Source: Candidatus Helarchaeota archaeon
GTDB taxonomy: Archaea > Asgardarchaeota > Lokiarchaeia > Helarchaeales > RDOG01
Assembly (NCBI GenBank): GCA_029838215.1
Contig: JALGVI010000036.1
Coordinates: 1-34,679 of the forward strand
Reading direction: 5' to 3'
DNA length: 34,679 nucleotides
The notes beneath the pieces are model-generated. The model did no database searches. It was given only the letters and a program-made list of their open reading frames with translations, and had not been told where the DNA came from. Position numbers and translations under genes: made by a program. This document shows, piece after piece, positions 27,582 to 34,679 of this stretch; positions within the stretch are counted from its first letter, which is position 1; each line of letters opens with the position of its first letter.

Positions 27582-28339
27582 ATTTAATAATATTGATGTT
27601 TAAAATTCAATCATTAGAAAAAAAGACAATAAAATCGCATGACTTGATGTGCATGTCTTATATAAAAATCTACTTCATCCCGATTGTAGATGAAGAATCT
27701 GGAGAATTGGTTTATTCTTTCGAATTGTTCAAAGAAGTTCGAGTGATAGACGCATTGGTCATTGTCATGCCAAATGAGTTCTCAATTCAATTGGATTTCG
27801 AACCAGAAACCGTCCACCCATCAAAAATCGTCAAAATGACGTTATACGACATTTTACAGACTTTTCCTGTATTGACAAAAGCCAAAAGAATCATCATTTA
27901 TCATGAAGGAGAACTTGATCGTGCAGGCATGGAATTGGGAGGCGTGATAAATGCGCTTTGGGGGCAATACTCCTCGCCAGATAATTCCGATCATGTCATG
28001 GATTCGATCTATATATCACGTGAATTTTATAATTGGTTGAAATTCTTTGCAGCAGAGCTGCAGGATAAGGACCTGTTAGATTCACTTTCAAAATATCATC
28101 AGCGTGAAGGATTGGTCGATTTTGATTTAGATGATGATTTACATGACATTATAGTGCAGCGAATTATAGAGGAACGCAGGCTGATTTTAAAAAACAGGAG
28201 AAGAATAAGAAAGTCCATGGCGAAAGTGAGCATTCCTCTAGAGAAAGCATTCGAGAAAAAAGCATTAAAAAAGTGGGACCGCTTATTCAAGGATGGTATA
28301 ATCTTATATTACAAGCCCGGTGAAAAGCCCATTCTTTAA
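27578..28339 (+). CDS. Hypothetical protein
   Basis: 253-codon ORF overlapping the TGT-like stop (ATGA). No motif recognised. Confidence 0.6.
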   Translation: MNLIILMFKIQSLEKKTIKSHDLMCMSYIKIYFIPIVDEESGELVYSFELFKEVRVIDALVIVMPNEFSIQLDFEPETVHPSKIVKMTLYDILQTFPVLTKAKRIIIYHEGELDRAGMELGGVINALWGQYSSPDNSDHVMDSIYISREFYNWLKFFAAELQDKDLLDSLSKYHQREGLVDFDLDDDLHDIIVQRIIEERRLILKNRRRIRKSMAKVSIPLEKAFEKKALKKWDRLFKDGIILYYKPGEKPIL

Positions 28340-29517
28340 TTTGAGTTATCAACTTCAGATTTAGATTTAGAATTCAGAAATTTTTGCTTTATTTTTTCTT
28401 CTAACACGTCAAGATCGCTCATTAGTTCATCTTCATTCATGTTTCTGACCGAGCCAGCAAAGATGATCGTATTTTTCGCATTAATGATGAGGTTGCTTCC
28501 AGCCTGAAAGGAAAAGGTTGCAATGCCTTCTTCACGCACTAAAATGGACGTTTTACCTTTTAATTTTGGTTCCCGCTCGCATTCGATTGAGGCATTTATG
28601 AATCCGAGAAAATTATAAATAAATCCTTTATTTCCTTCTACTTCAATGATTTTAGGGAGCGGGTATACGTGCTCCACGATCCCGTACCCGAGATCCTCTA
28701 ACACGTCCATCATTTGCATGTGGATTAGATTGGGGTTTTCTTGAGATGAGATGATGATTTCCTTGAAACCCAGAAACTCGTTTTTTAGTTGAAATCGAGT
28801 AGGGAGACGTGATAATTTAGAAACATCCTTTGCCGGTAACCTGCCATCAGGAGAAGGAGGTTTTCGATGTTTCACGCGATCAAGGATGTAAGGTTCAATG
28901 TCTTCTATTTCTTTTAATTTTTCTAGTAGCGAATCCTTGGATGAAAGATCGGGTGGTTCCGTTGTTGTGGTTTTTGGAGCCATTGTTTCAGGAGTTAATG
29001 TTTCTTCGAAATCCAGCTCTTCTTCTCGTGGTGTTTCTTCTTCCATTTGTTTTTCTTGGCTTTTAAGAGGTTTTTCACGTTCTTCTTTTCGCCGTTTTAG
29101 TTCTTTTTTATCCATGGTTTTTGCAAATTCTTGCAAGAGCTCGAGCAATTGAGGAAGAATTGGAGACGGAACTTGTGTTAAAACGTCCTCAATAGAGCCG
29201 GATGTGGAGAAGACGCTGATCGATAGGTCTTTTGTTAAAAAGTCCAATACTTCTTCATCTTTGATGTATTTATCATTAGTGAATTTGATGATTTTTTTAA
29301 TCAATGCGTGATTTTCTTGGAGTTGCTCTAATTTTTTCATTTCATCTTGGATTTTACCGAGAGTTTCTTTATATGAGTCGAACTTGCGGATGTATTCGAT
29401 GGAATCGATCTTTCCCTTGATGCTTTGATCTTTCAAGATTTCCATTTTTTTTATAAGTGATGTCCGTTTCTGTTGTAAATCTTTCATTTTTTGATGAATT
29501 TCCGAAAGAGTGGTCAT
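28336..29517 (-). CDS. Hypothetical protein: N-terminal coiled coil/SHOCT-like motif, acidic Pro/Thr linker, C-terminal alpha/beta domain
   Basis: 393-codon ORF with a GGGGA RBS-like element 7 nt upstream and a GKIDSIEY motif. Confidence 0.65.
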   Translation of the reverse strand: MTTLSEIHQKMKDLQQKRTSLIKKMEILKDQSIKGKIDSIEYIRKFDSYKETLGKIQDEMKKLEQLQENHALIKKIIKFTNDKYIKDEEVLDFLTKDLSISVFSTSGSIEDVLTQVPSPILPQLLELLQEFAKTMDKKELKRRKEEREKPLKSQEKQMEEETPREEELDFEETLTPETMAPKTTTTEPPDLSSKDSLLEKLKEIEDIEPYILDRVKHRKPPSPDGRLPAKDVSKLSRLPTRFQLKNEFLGFKEIIISSQENPNLIHMQMMDVLEDLGYGIVEHVYPLPKIIEVEGNKGFIYNFLGFINASIECEREPKLKGKTSILVREEGIATFSFQAGSNLIINAKNTIIFAGSVRNMNEDELMSDLDVLEEKIKQKFLNSKSKSEVDNSN

Positions 29518-29547
29518 TAATTAATCCCCTTGAAGCAAGATTATCAG

Positions 29548-29554
29548 AAAAAAA
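29548..29554 (-). terminator. Oligo(T)7 terminator after tRNA-Ile
   Basis: T7 directly follows the encoded CCA. Confidence 0.5.
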
Positions 29555-29632
29555 TGGTGGTTCCGGCGGGCTTCGGACCCGCGATCTCCCGGTTATCAGC
29601 CGGGCGCTTTAACCAGGCTAAGCCACGGAACC
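29555..29632 (-). tRNA. trnI: tRNA-Ile(GAU), CCA encoded, no intron
   Basis: 78-nt cloverleaf: GGTTCCG/CGGAACC acceptor, CCCGG-CT-GAT-AA-CCGGG anticodon arm, GCGGG-TCCGAAG-CCCGC T arm. Confidence 0.95.
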
Positions 29633-29712
29633 TAAGACTTCACGACTTGCAGTTACAACTAATTTGATACTTGCATTATCTTTAATTTAGGTTTTTTTAG
29701 GTTTTCGGTTTT

Positions 29713-30315
29713 TCAAGCTTGAATCATTTTTAAAAAGTATTCGTGCAGCCTGACATCATCCAGCAGTTCGGGATGGAAAGTAACTGCAAGCACGTTATTT
29801 TGCTTGATGAACACGGGTTTTTCCTCGAATGAAGCAAGAATCTCTGTTCCAGGGTTGATATTTGTAATGACGGGTGCGCGAATAAACGTGGCTCGGAATG
29901 GTTCGGATCCCAGACAAGGAATGGACAAGTCGGCTTCAAAACTTTCTTTTTGAGGACCGTATGAATTTCGTTCCACGTGAATGTCTAAAACACCCAGAGT
30001 TTCTTGGGCAACTTGTCCGACATTGACGTCAGTGATGTTTTTTGCCAGTATTATGCATCCTGCACACGTGCCAAGAACTACCATGCCGTTTTGGATCTTA
30101 TTCTTTAATAGTTCAAATGTTTTAGCTTGTGTCATCATTGAGCCCATGACAGTGCTTTCACCACCAGGGATAATGATTCCGGTTAGGGGTTCGATTTCGG
30201 ATTTGGATCTCACGATGGAAACGTCAATCTCTTTCTTGAGATTGCGAGCCGCTTTCTTTACGGCTTCAGCATGAAATCTAAAGTCACCTTGATAACCTAG
30301 AATGCCTACTTTCAT
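29713..30315 (-). CDS. pdxT: Pyridoxal 5'-phosphate synthase glutaminase subunit
   Basis: MKVGILGYQGD, IIIPGGEST, LGTCAG, VERNSYG.Q, FIRAP and TFHPEL. I prefer the start at 30315 over 30381. Confidence 0.95.
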   Translation of the reverse strand: MKVGILGYQGDFRFHAEAVKKAARNLKKEIDVSIVRSKSEIEPLTGIIIPGGESTVMGSMMTQAKTFELLKNKIQNGMVVLGTCAGCIILAKNITDVNVGQVAQETLGVLDIHVERNSYGPQKESFEADLSIPCLGSEPFRATFIRAPVITNINPGTEILASFEEKPVFIKQNNVLAVTFHPELLDDVRLHEYFLKMIQA

Positions 30316-30343
30316 TTTCTTTGCCTCTTTGCTTCGGTCGAGA

Positions 30344-31282
30344 TCATATGTTACTCCCGCGAATTTCCCATCGCGCTTCATCTACGGAAATATCCATGTC
30401 GATTCCGTCCATTGAGAGTTTCTCATTAACCATTTTTTGAGCTTGTAACACGATATTTGGATGATCGTAGAACGTGCATGCAAGCACGACTGCTTGAGCA
30501 CGTACTTGAGGGTCTTCTGATTTGAAGATACCAGAACCAACAAAAATGCCATCGCATCCGAGAGACATCATGAATGCAGCATCGGCAGGGGTTGCAATTC
30601 CTCCAGCGGCAAATATTGTCACGGGGAGACGTCCCAATTCAGCCGTTTTTTTCACGATATCGTAACTCACCTTGAACTCACGTGCATATTTCATGAGTTC
30701 GTGTGGTTCATTCCTTGCGGCGTGTATTTTTCGGAGTTCTTCCTTGATGCGATTGAAGTGAACGATAGCGTGTTTAACATCCCCAGTGCCGGGTTCACCT
30801 TTACTCCGCAACATTGATGCCCCTTCTTCAATTCTCCTAAGAGCACTTCCGAGGTCCGTGCAACCACACACGAAGGGTGTCCGGAAGTCGTGCTTCCAGA
30901 TATGATGTTCGGTATCAGCAGGAGTGAGAACTTCAGATTCATCAATGCAATCGGCTCCTACTTCTTCTATGATCCGAGCTTCACCAACATGACCTATGCG
31001 ACACTTCATCATGATAGGAATTGTAACGTGAGAACGAATTTCCTCGAAGAGAGCACATGATGCCGTTCTAGCAATACCCCCAGACTTTCGGATGTCATAA
31101 GGAAGCTTGTCAAGTAACATTACGGCGACAGCACCCGCTCTCTCGGCGATCTTGGCTTGCTCTACCGTGGTTACATCCATAATGACACCTCTTTCCTGCA
31201 TGTGAGGGAAACCTTTCTTAACGTTCCACGTGCCTTTCGTTCTTCCATTCGATTTGATCTGACCTGCTTCGTATTCTGTCAA
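30344..31282 (-). CDS. pdxS: Pyridoxal 5'-phosphate synthase lyase subunit (crenarchaeal type)
   Basis: GVIMDV, LDKLPYDIRKSGG, MKCRIGH, DESEVLTPAD, RSKGEPGTG, FAAGGIATPADAA and VGSGIFKS. The start is TTG. Confidence 0.96.
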   Translation of the reverse strand: MTEYEAGQIKSNGRTKGTWNVKKGFPHMQERGVIMDVTTVEQAKIAERAGAVAVMLLDKLPYDIRKSGGIARTASCALFEEIRSHVTIPIMMKCRIGHVGEARIIEEVGADCIDESEVLTPADTEHHIWKHDFRTPFVCGCTDLGSALRRIEEGASMLRSKGEPGTGDVKHAIVHFNRIKEELRKIHAARNEPHELMKYAREFKVSYDIVKKTAELGRLPVTIFAAGGIATPADAAFMMSLGCDGIFVGSGIFKSEDPQVRAQAVVLACTFYDHPNIVLQAQKMVNEKLSMDGIDMDISVDEARWEIRGSNI

Positions 31283-31482
31283 ATTTGGTCATCTTTTCTT
31301 CTTTTTTAGTGATCCCATTAAATAATTAAATCGAGATTGAAAATTAAACAATTGATATATGTCTTTTGCTTAGAAAAAATTTTCTAAAATTTCCTTTGAT
31401 TGCCATCATTCATGCAAAGAAGCGAGAAAGATTTTTTATTTGTTTTAATAATTCATTTTCTAGTTCGTGTGGATGTTTTGAA

Positions 31483-32673
31483 ATGAGAGTAGCACGTCGA
31501 TTGGAATCCTTTGAGTATGCAATTCGTGAAATCAAGGCAGTTGCAAGTGAGCTTGAACGGAAAGGCAAGAGGATTTACAATTTTTCGATAGGGGATCCTC
31601 CTGCATATGGATTCACGACTCCAGAACACATTAAGGCTGCTATTAAAAAAGCCATAAGTGAAGACTATAATTTTTACATCGATTCTTTAGGAGATCCGGA
31701 GCTTCGCGAGCTCGTGGCTAAAAAAGAATCTCAAAAAGCAAAAAGCACGTTTACTTCAGATGACGTGCTCATCACATCAGGCGTGAGTGAAGGCATTTTT
31801 TTTGCGGACGCTGCATTGGTCGAGCCCAACGATGAAATTCTGATTCCGGGACCTTCATATCCACCATTTTCATCCTACGTGAAGTTTTTTGGAGGCCGTC
31901 CTGTTGAATATGCACTTGACTCCAGCCAAGAGTGGCAACCGGATCCTGATGAGATTCGCAAGTTGATAACAAATCGAACCAGGGCCATTGTCATCATCTC
32001 TCCAAATAATCCCACGGGTGCGATGTATTCAAAGAAAAACTTGCAAGCGATCATAAACATCGCTGGCGAGCACGACATACCGGTAATTTCGGACGAGATT
32101 TATGAAAAGTTCGTTTATGAAGGTTCTTTTATCAGCACTGCGAGCCTTTCAAAGGACGTGCCCGTGATCATATTTTGCGGCTTTTCGAAAACGTATCGAA
32201 TGACCGGGCTACGCTTGGGTTACATTGCATATCACGATCAAGAGGGAAAGCTTGAGGAAATGAAAGAAGCAATAAAAAAGATGGCTCGTATCAGATTGTG
32301 CGCAAATGCTCCTGCGCAGAAGGGTGCAATTGCTGCATTGACAGGTCCTCAAGATCACATCGACAAGATGATTTCCGAACTCTTGGTAAGACGAGATTAC
32401 TGCTGTGATCTTTTAGAAGACATACCACAAATTCAATGTCATAAATCCAAGGGTGCCTTCTATTTATTTCCGAAGATTAAATACCAGGGAAGATGGAAAA
32501 ACGATAAGGAGTTTGCTTTAGATCTATTAAATAAGACGGGAGTACTCGTTGTATACGGTTCAGGGTTCGGAGAACATGGAAAGGATCATTTCAGGATGGT
32601 TTTTCTTCCTCCCATGGATGAGATCAAGGCGGGTTTAGAGCGCTTATCGAGTTTCTTCAAACAAGGAAAATGA
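31483..32673 (+). CDS. Class I/II PLP-dependent aminotransferase (alanine aminotransferase-like)
   Basis: EYAIREI, IGDP, ISPNNPTG, ISDEIY and the PLP lysine motif FSKTYRMTGLRLG. I prefer ATG 31483 over the track start at 31366. Confidence 0.9.
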   Translation: MRVARRLESFEYAIREIKAVASELERKGKRIYNFSIGDPPAYGFTTPEHIKAAIKKAISEDYNFYIDSLGDPELRELVAKKESQKAKSTFTSDDVLITSGVSEGIFFADAALVEPNDEILIPGPSYPPFSSYVKFFGGRPVEYALDSSQEWQPDPDEIRKLITNRTRAIVIISPNNPTGAMYSKKNLQAIINIAGEHDIPVISDEIYEKFVYEGSFISTASLSKDVPVIIFCGFSKTYRMTGLRLGYIAYHDQEGKLEEMKEAIKKMARIRLCANAPAQKGAIAALTGPQDHIDKMISELLVRRDYCCDLLEDIPQIQCHKSKGAFYLFPKIKYQGRWKNDKEFALDLLNKTGVLVVYGSGFGEHGKDHFRMVFLPPMDEIKAGLERLSSFFKQGK

Positions 32674-32827
32674 GAACCGATTTCCTTTTCTAATTTAAAA
32701 AACTAAAAACATTCATTTCTCATTCAGGAAATTTAATAAGAATGATCTCGAATTACTTAAAAAAATGAAATTCAAATTAAACTAATGTTTTTACATCGAA
32801 AGGATGCCAAATTAAAAAACGTAAAAA

Positions 32828-33196
32828 GTGATTCCTGCATTGACGGACGAATTAATCGAGCGTGGAAAAAAACGCGTTCAGAAATGGCAAAAAAAATATC
32901 AAAAAGGAAAGCCCGCTGAGGGTATCTTGATTTATCCTCATTATCATTGCATCTACTGCAATGTCATGATTGAGAAGGGAGAAGAACATTTAGAAATACC
33001 AACACAAGATAAATCATACCCCGGCGTCGATCACGTCTGTAAGAAGTGCAAGGCAAAAATCAAGGAAAAAGAAGAAAAAAAATCGTGGTATAGGCGTCTT
33101 GGCTCGACCAAAATCATAATGATTGCCGTTGCCATAGTTGCCATTGTCGTGACCATTGCCATCATTTTTTGGTTGAATCCTTTCCTTCCTCCCTGA
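32828..33196 (+). CDS. DUF2116-like Zn-ribbon protein with C-terminal TM
   Basis: PHYHCIYC...CKKC, a basic patch, then one hydrophobic helix. Confidence 0.6.
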   Translation: MIPALTDELIERGKKRVQKWQKKYQKGKPAEGILIYPHYHCIYCNVMIEKGEEHLEIPTQDKSYPGVDHVCKKCKAKIKEKEEKKSWYRRLGSTKIIMIAVAIVAIVVTIAIIFWLNPFLPP

Positions 33197-33230
33197 ATTA
33201 TCTGAATGATGAAAAACAATTGAAGGGCTT

Positions 33231-33355
33231 TGGCGGACGCGGAGTGATTTGAACACCCGGTTTCTTCCTTTCTCTCCTTTTTAAAGAAGCCCGGAGGGAA
33301 GCCTTTTTAAAGAAGCCCGGAGGGAAGTGCTCTATCCAAGCTAAGCCACGCGTCC
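33231..33355 (-). tRNA. trnR: tRNA-Arg(CCG) with a 47-nt 37/38 intron (33270-33316) containing a duplication
   Basis: GGACGCG/CGCGTCC acceptor, G73, CCA, A20, CTTCC-CT-CCG-G...A-GGAAG. Removing 47 nt gives a 78-nt cloverleaf. Confidence 0.88.
33276..33327. repeat. Perfect 26-bp tandem duplication inside tRNA-Arg(CCG)
   Basis: cctttttaaagaagcccggagggaag occurs at 33276-33301 and 33302-33327. Confidence 0.97.
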
Positions 33356-33360
33356 AGATT

Positions 33361-33367
33361 AAAAAAA
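33361..33367 (-). terminator. Oligo(T)7 directly after tRNA-Arg(GCG)
   Basis: T7 follows the CCA and lies within the 12-nt spacer between the two tRNA-Arg genes. Confidence 0.4.
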
Positions 33368-33503
33368 TGGTGGGCACGCCGAGATTTGAACTCGGGATCT
33401 CCTGCTTTCTCCATCAATTCAAGCGATTGATTCCGCAGGCAGGCGCTCTTTTTGGGATCTAATTGCATGCAAGCAAGGTCAATCCAAACTAAGCCACGCG
33501 CCC
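33368..33503 (-). tRNA. trnR: tRNA-Arg(GCG) with two introns: D-loop 20a/21 (33450-33481, 32 nt) and 37/38 (33407-33432, 26 nt)
   Basis: GGGCGCG/CGTGCCC acceptor, A73, CCA, CCTGC-CT-GCG-G...A-GCAGG and CCGAG-TTCAAAT-CTCGG. Removing both introns gives a 78-nt cloverleaf whose D arm matches that of the neighbouring tRNA-Arg. Confidence 0.88.
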
Positions 33504-33611
33504 TTGCAATTCACAACGGCTTTCATTTTAAACGAAAACGTTAATTCCAACAAAATTTTTCTAAAAAAATTAAAGATAAATTTTGCCATTTTTGCTATCT
33601 GAAATCTGATT

Positions 33612-34019
33612 TTAGAAGCTTATCTCAAACTTAGCCGTCATCACTTTTTTGATGGCTTCGATTAAGTCAGCTGCTTTTTCATAATATTCTCTTGTCTTGT
33701 CATTCGAATAAAAAACTAAGACCGCATAATCACTTGTTTCTCGTGCTTCAAATAACTCATTAAGATTTTTACCAATCTTTACGTCGATCAGACCCTCTTT
33801 AATGACTCTCAAACCGAACATTGTGACAGTTCCACTATGGGATTTAGGAGAAAGTCCCAAAAGATATAATAGTCCTCGAGCTGCTAACAATGCAGCATAA
33901 TAGGATCTACTGATTGAATCATCGTAACGGTCTTTATCTAACAGTATCTTGGCACTCAATAATTTTTCTTCTCCTCGCATGACTAATTGTCTTGCAATCT
34001 CCTTTATTTCCTTTTCCAT
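33612..34019 (-). CDS. HEPN domain protein (COG1895/UPF0332 type)
   Basis: ISRSYYAAL.AARGLL, PKSHSG and RETSDY. Confidence 0.85.
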   Translation of the reverse strand: MEKEIKEIARQLVMRGEEKLLSAKILLDKDRYDDSISRSYYAALLAARGLLYLLGLSPKSHSGTVTMFGLRVIKEGLIDVKIGKNLNELFEARETSDYAVLVFYSNDKTREYYEKAADLIEAIKKVMTAKFEISF

Positions 34020-34327
34020 AATTTTTTACCCTCTTTTATTATGTTATCAAAAAACGGTTCTTTCACGTGTTCCAAATCGTTTGGCGTGATGTATTTTGCA
34101 CTAATAACGACAGATGTATCTAAATAAATAGCATACTTGAATTCAGAAAATCGATATCTTGTCTTTTCTATATTGCTAGTTACTAGAAGTAGGTCTATAT
34201 CACTCATTGGAGAAAAATCTCCACGCGCAACTGACCCGAATAAAATTATCGCACTTAGATTTTCATCCGTTTTAGGATATTCCTCTGAAATTTTCCTTAT
34301 TATTTCATTTTTATGAAGCAGTAGCAC
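34004..34327 (-). CDS. Minimal nucleotidyltransferase (MNT) antitoxin-like protein
   Basis: ILFGSVARGDFSPMSDIDLL gives GS-x10-DxD. I prefer GTG 34327 because the track start at 34462 overlaps ilvE. Confidence 0.88.
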   Translation of the reverse strand: MLLLHKNEIIRKISEEYPKTDENLSAIILFGSVARGDFSPMSDIDLLLVTSNIEKTRYRFSEFKYAIYLDTSVVISAKYITPNDLEHVKEPFFDNIIKEGKKLWKRK

Positions 34328-34443
34328 GTTTCTTTCCTCAAATATTTGCCTATAAACAAGTAATATATTGCAAGGATTTAAAATTTTTAGGAGAGAAATG
34401 AAAAAAAAGTATTTATTGGTCGAAAGTTCGCCTACTTTGCTGA

Positions 34444-34679
34444 TTAAACTTTTACAACCCATCTAAAGGGGTCAGTTTCTTCGCATAACTGAATCTTGGT
34501 CAACAAATCATAAAGCTTTTGAGTGATAGAACCTACTTTGAAATCGTTGAATACGTGTTCTTTTCCTTCAAAGGCAATTGAGCCGATTGGCGTGATTACT
34601 GCGGCAGTTCCGGTGCAAAAGCATTCTGATGCTTTAAACACTTCGTCATAAGGGATGTCTCGCTCTTCCACGGTCATGT
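34444..34679 (-). CDS. ilvE: Branched-chain amino acid aminotransferase, C-terminal part (runs off the right edge)
   Basis: VEERDI...ECFCTGTAAVITPIGSI...GSITQKLYDLLTKIQ...DPFRWV. Confidence 0.88.
   Translation of the reverse strand, partial: MTVEERDIPYDEVFKASECFCTGTAAVITPIGSIAFEGKEHVFNDFKVGSITQKLYDLLTKIQLCEETDPFRWVVKV

Noticed and set aside
31218-31292. Upstream ATG (31292) 24-codon ORF as a frameshifted pdxS start or uORF
   Set aside because: The in-frame TTG start already yields a normal PdxS N-terminus (KGTWNVKKGF), and nothing indicates a shift.
31366-31482. N-terminal extension of the aminotransferase in the ORF track
   Set aside because: It lies in the AT-rich intergenic promoter region; family similarity starts at Met 31483.
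33276-33327. 26-bp direct repeat as a mini-CRISPR or att site
   Set aside because: There is no spacer and only two abutting copies, inside a tRNA. No cas or integrase gene is present, and no second copy of a tRNA end was seen.
33231-33355. Alternative splice register giving anticodon CCA (Trp)
   Set aside because: No supporting BHB helix exists at 35/36, and A20 with G73 fits Arg identity.
34328-34462. N-terminal extension of the MNT ORF
   Set aside because: It overlaps the ilvE stop and an AT-rich spacer, and MNT proteins are about 100 aa.
1-34679. Mobile elements, prophage, rRNA, CRISPR
   Set aside because: No transposase, integrase, terminal inverted repeats, viral hallmark genes, rRNA-like stretch or repeat-spacer array was recognised.

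Overview
AT-rich archaeal chromosomal segment. An Asgard archaeon is the likely source, but this is inference from archaeal markers (Pus10, type II Map, BHB-intron tRNAs, crenarchaeal-type PdxS) plus a predicted tandem-longin protein. Housekeeping genes: pus10 (partial, missing from the ORF track), ksgA/rsmA, HemK2-like methylase, an archaea-specific SF2 helicase, tmk, map, pdxS/pdxT, two aminotransferases and three tRNAs. The main accessory feature is a ~12.8 kb six-gene minus-strand cluster (8513-21317). It encodes a 2288-aa doubly membrane-anchored glycoprotein with two tandem transglutaminase-like modules (catalytic Cys replaced by Phe and by Ser) and ~12 Ig-like repeats. It also encodes a free DUF4129-like protein, a DUF4350-like protein, a MoxR AAA+ ATPase, a DUF58/vWA protein and a polytopic membrane protein. 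Other oddities: a two-intron tRNA-Arg(GCG); a tRNA-Arg(CCG) with a 26-nt tandem duplication of its anticodon region; a tRNA-Ile with C55; a TGT-fold protein with HSG in place of DSG; a C25-like protein lacking the catalytic His; a frameshifted membrane-anchored subtilase; and an MNT-HEPN pair beside the tRNAs. No CRISPR array, rRNA or transposase was seen. All family assignments come from motif recognition by eye, not from database searches.
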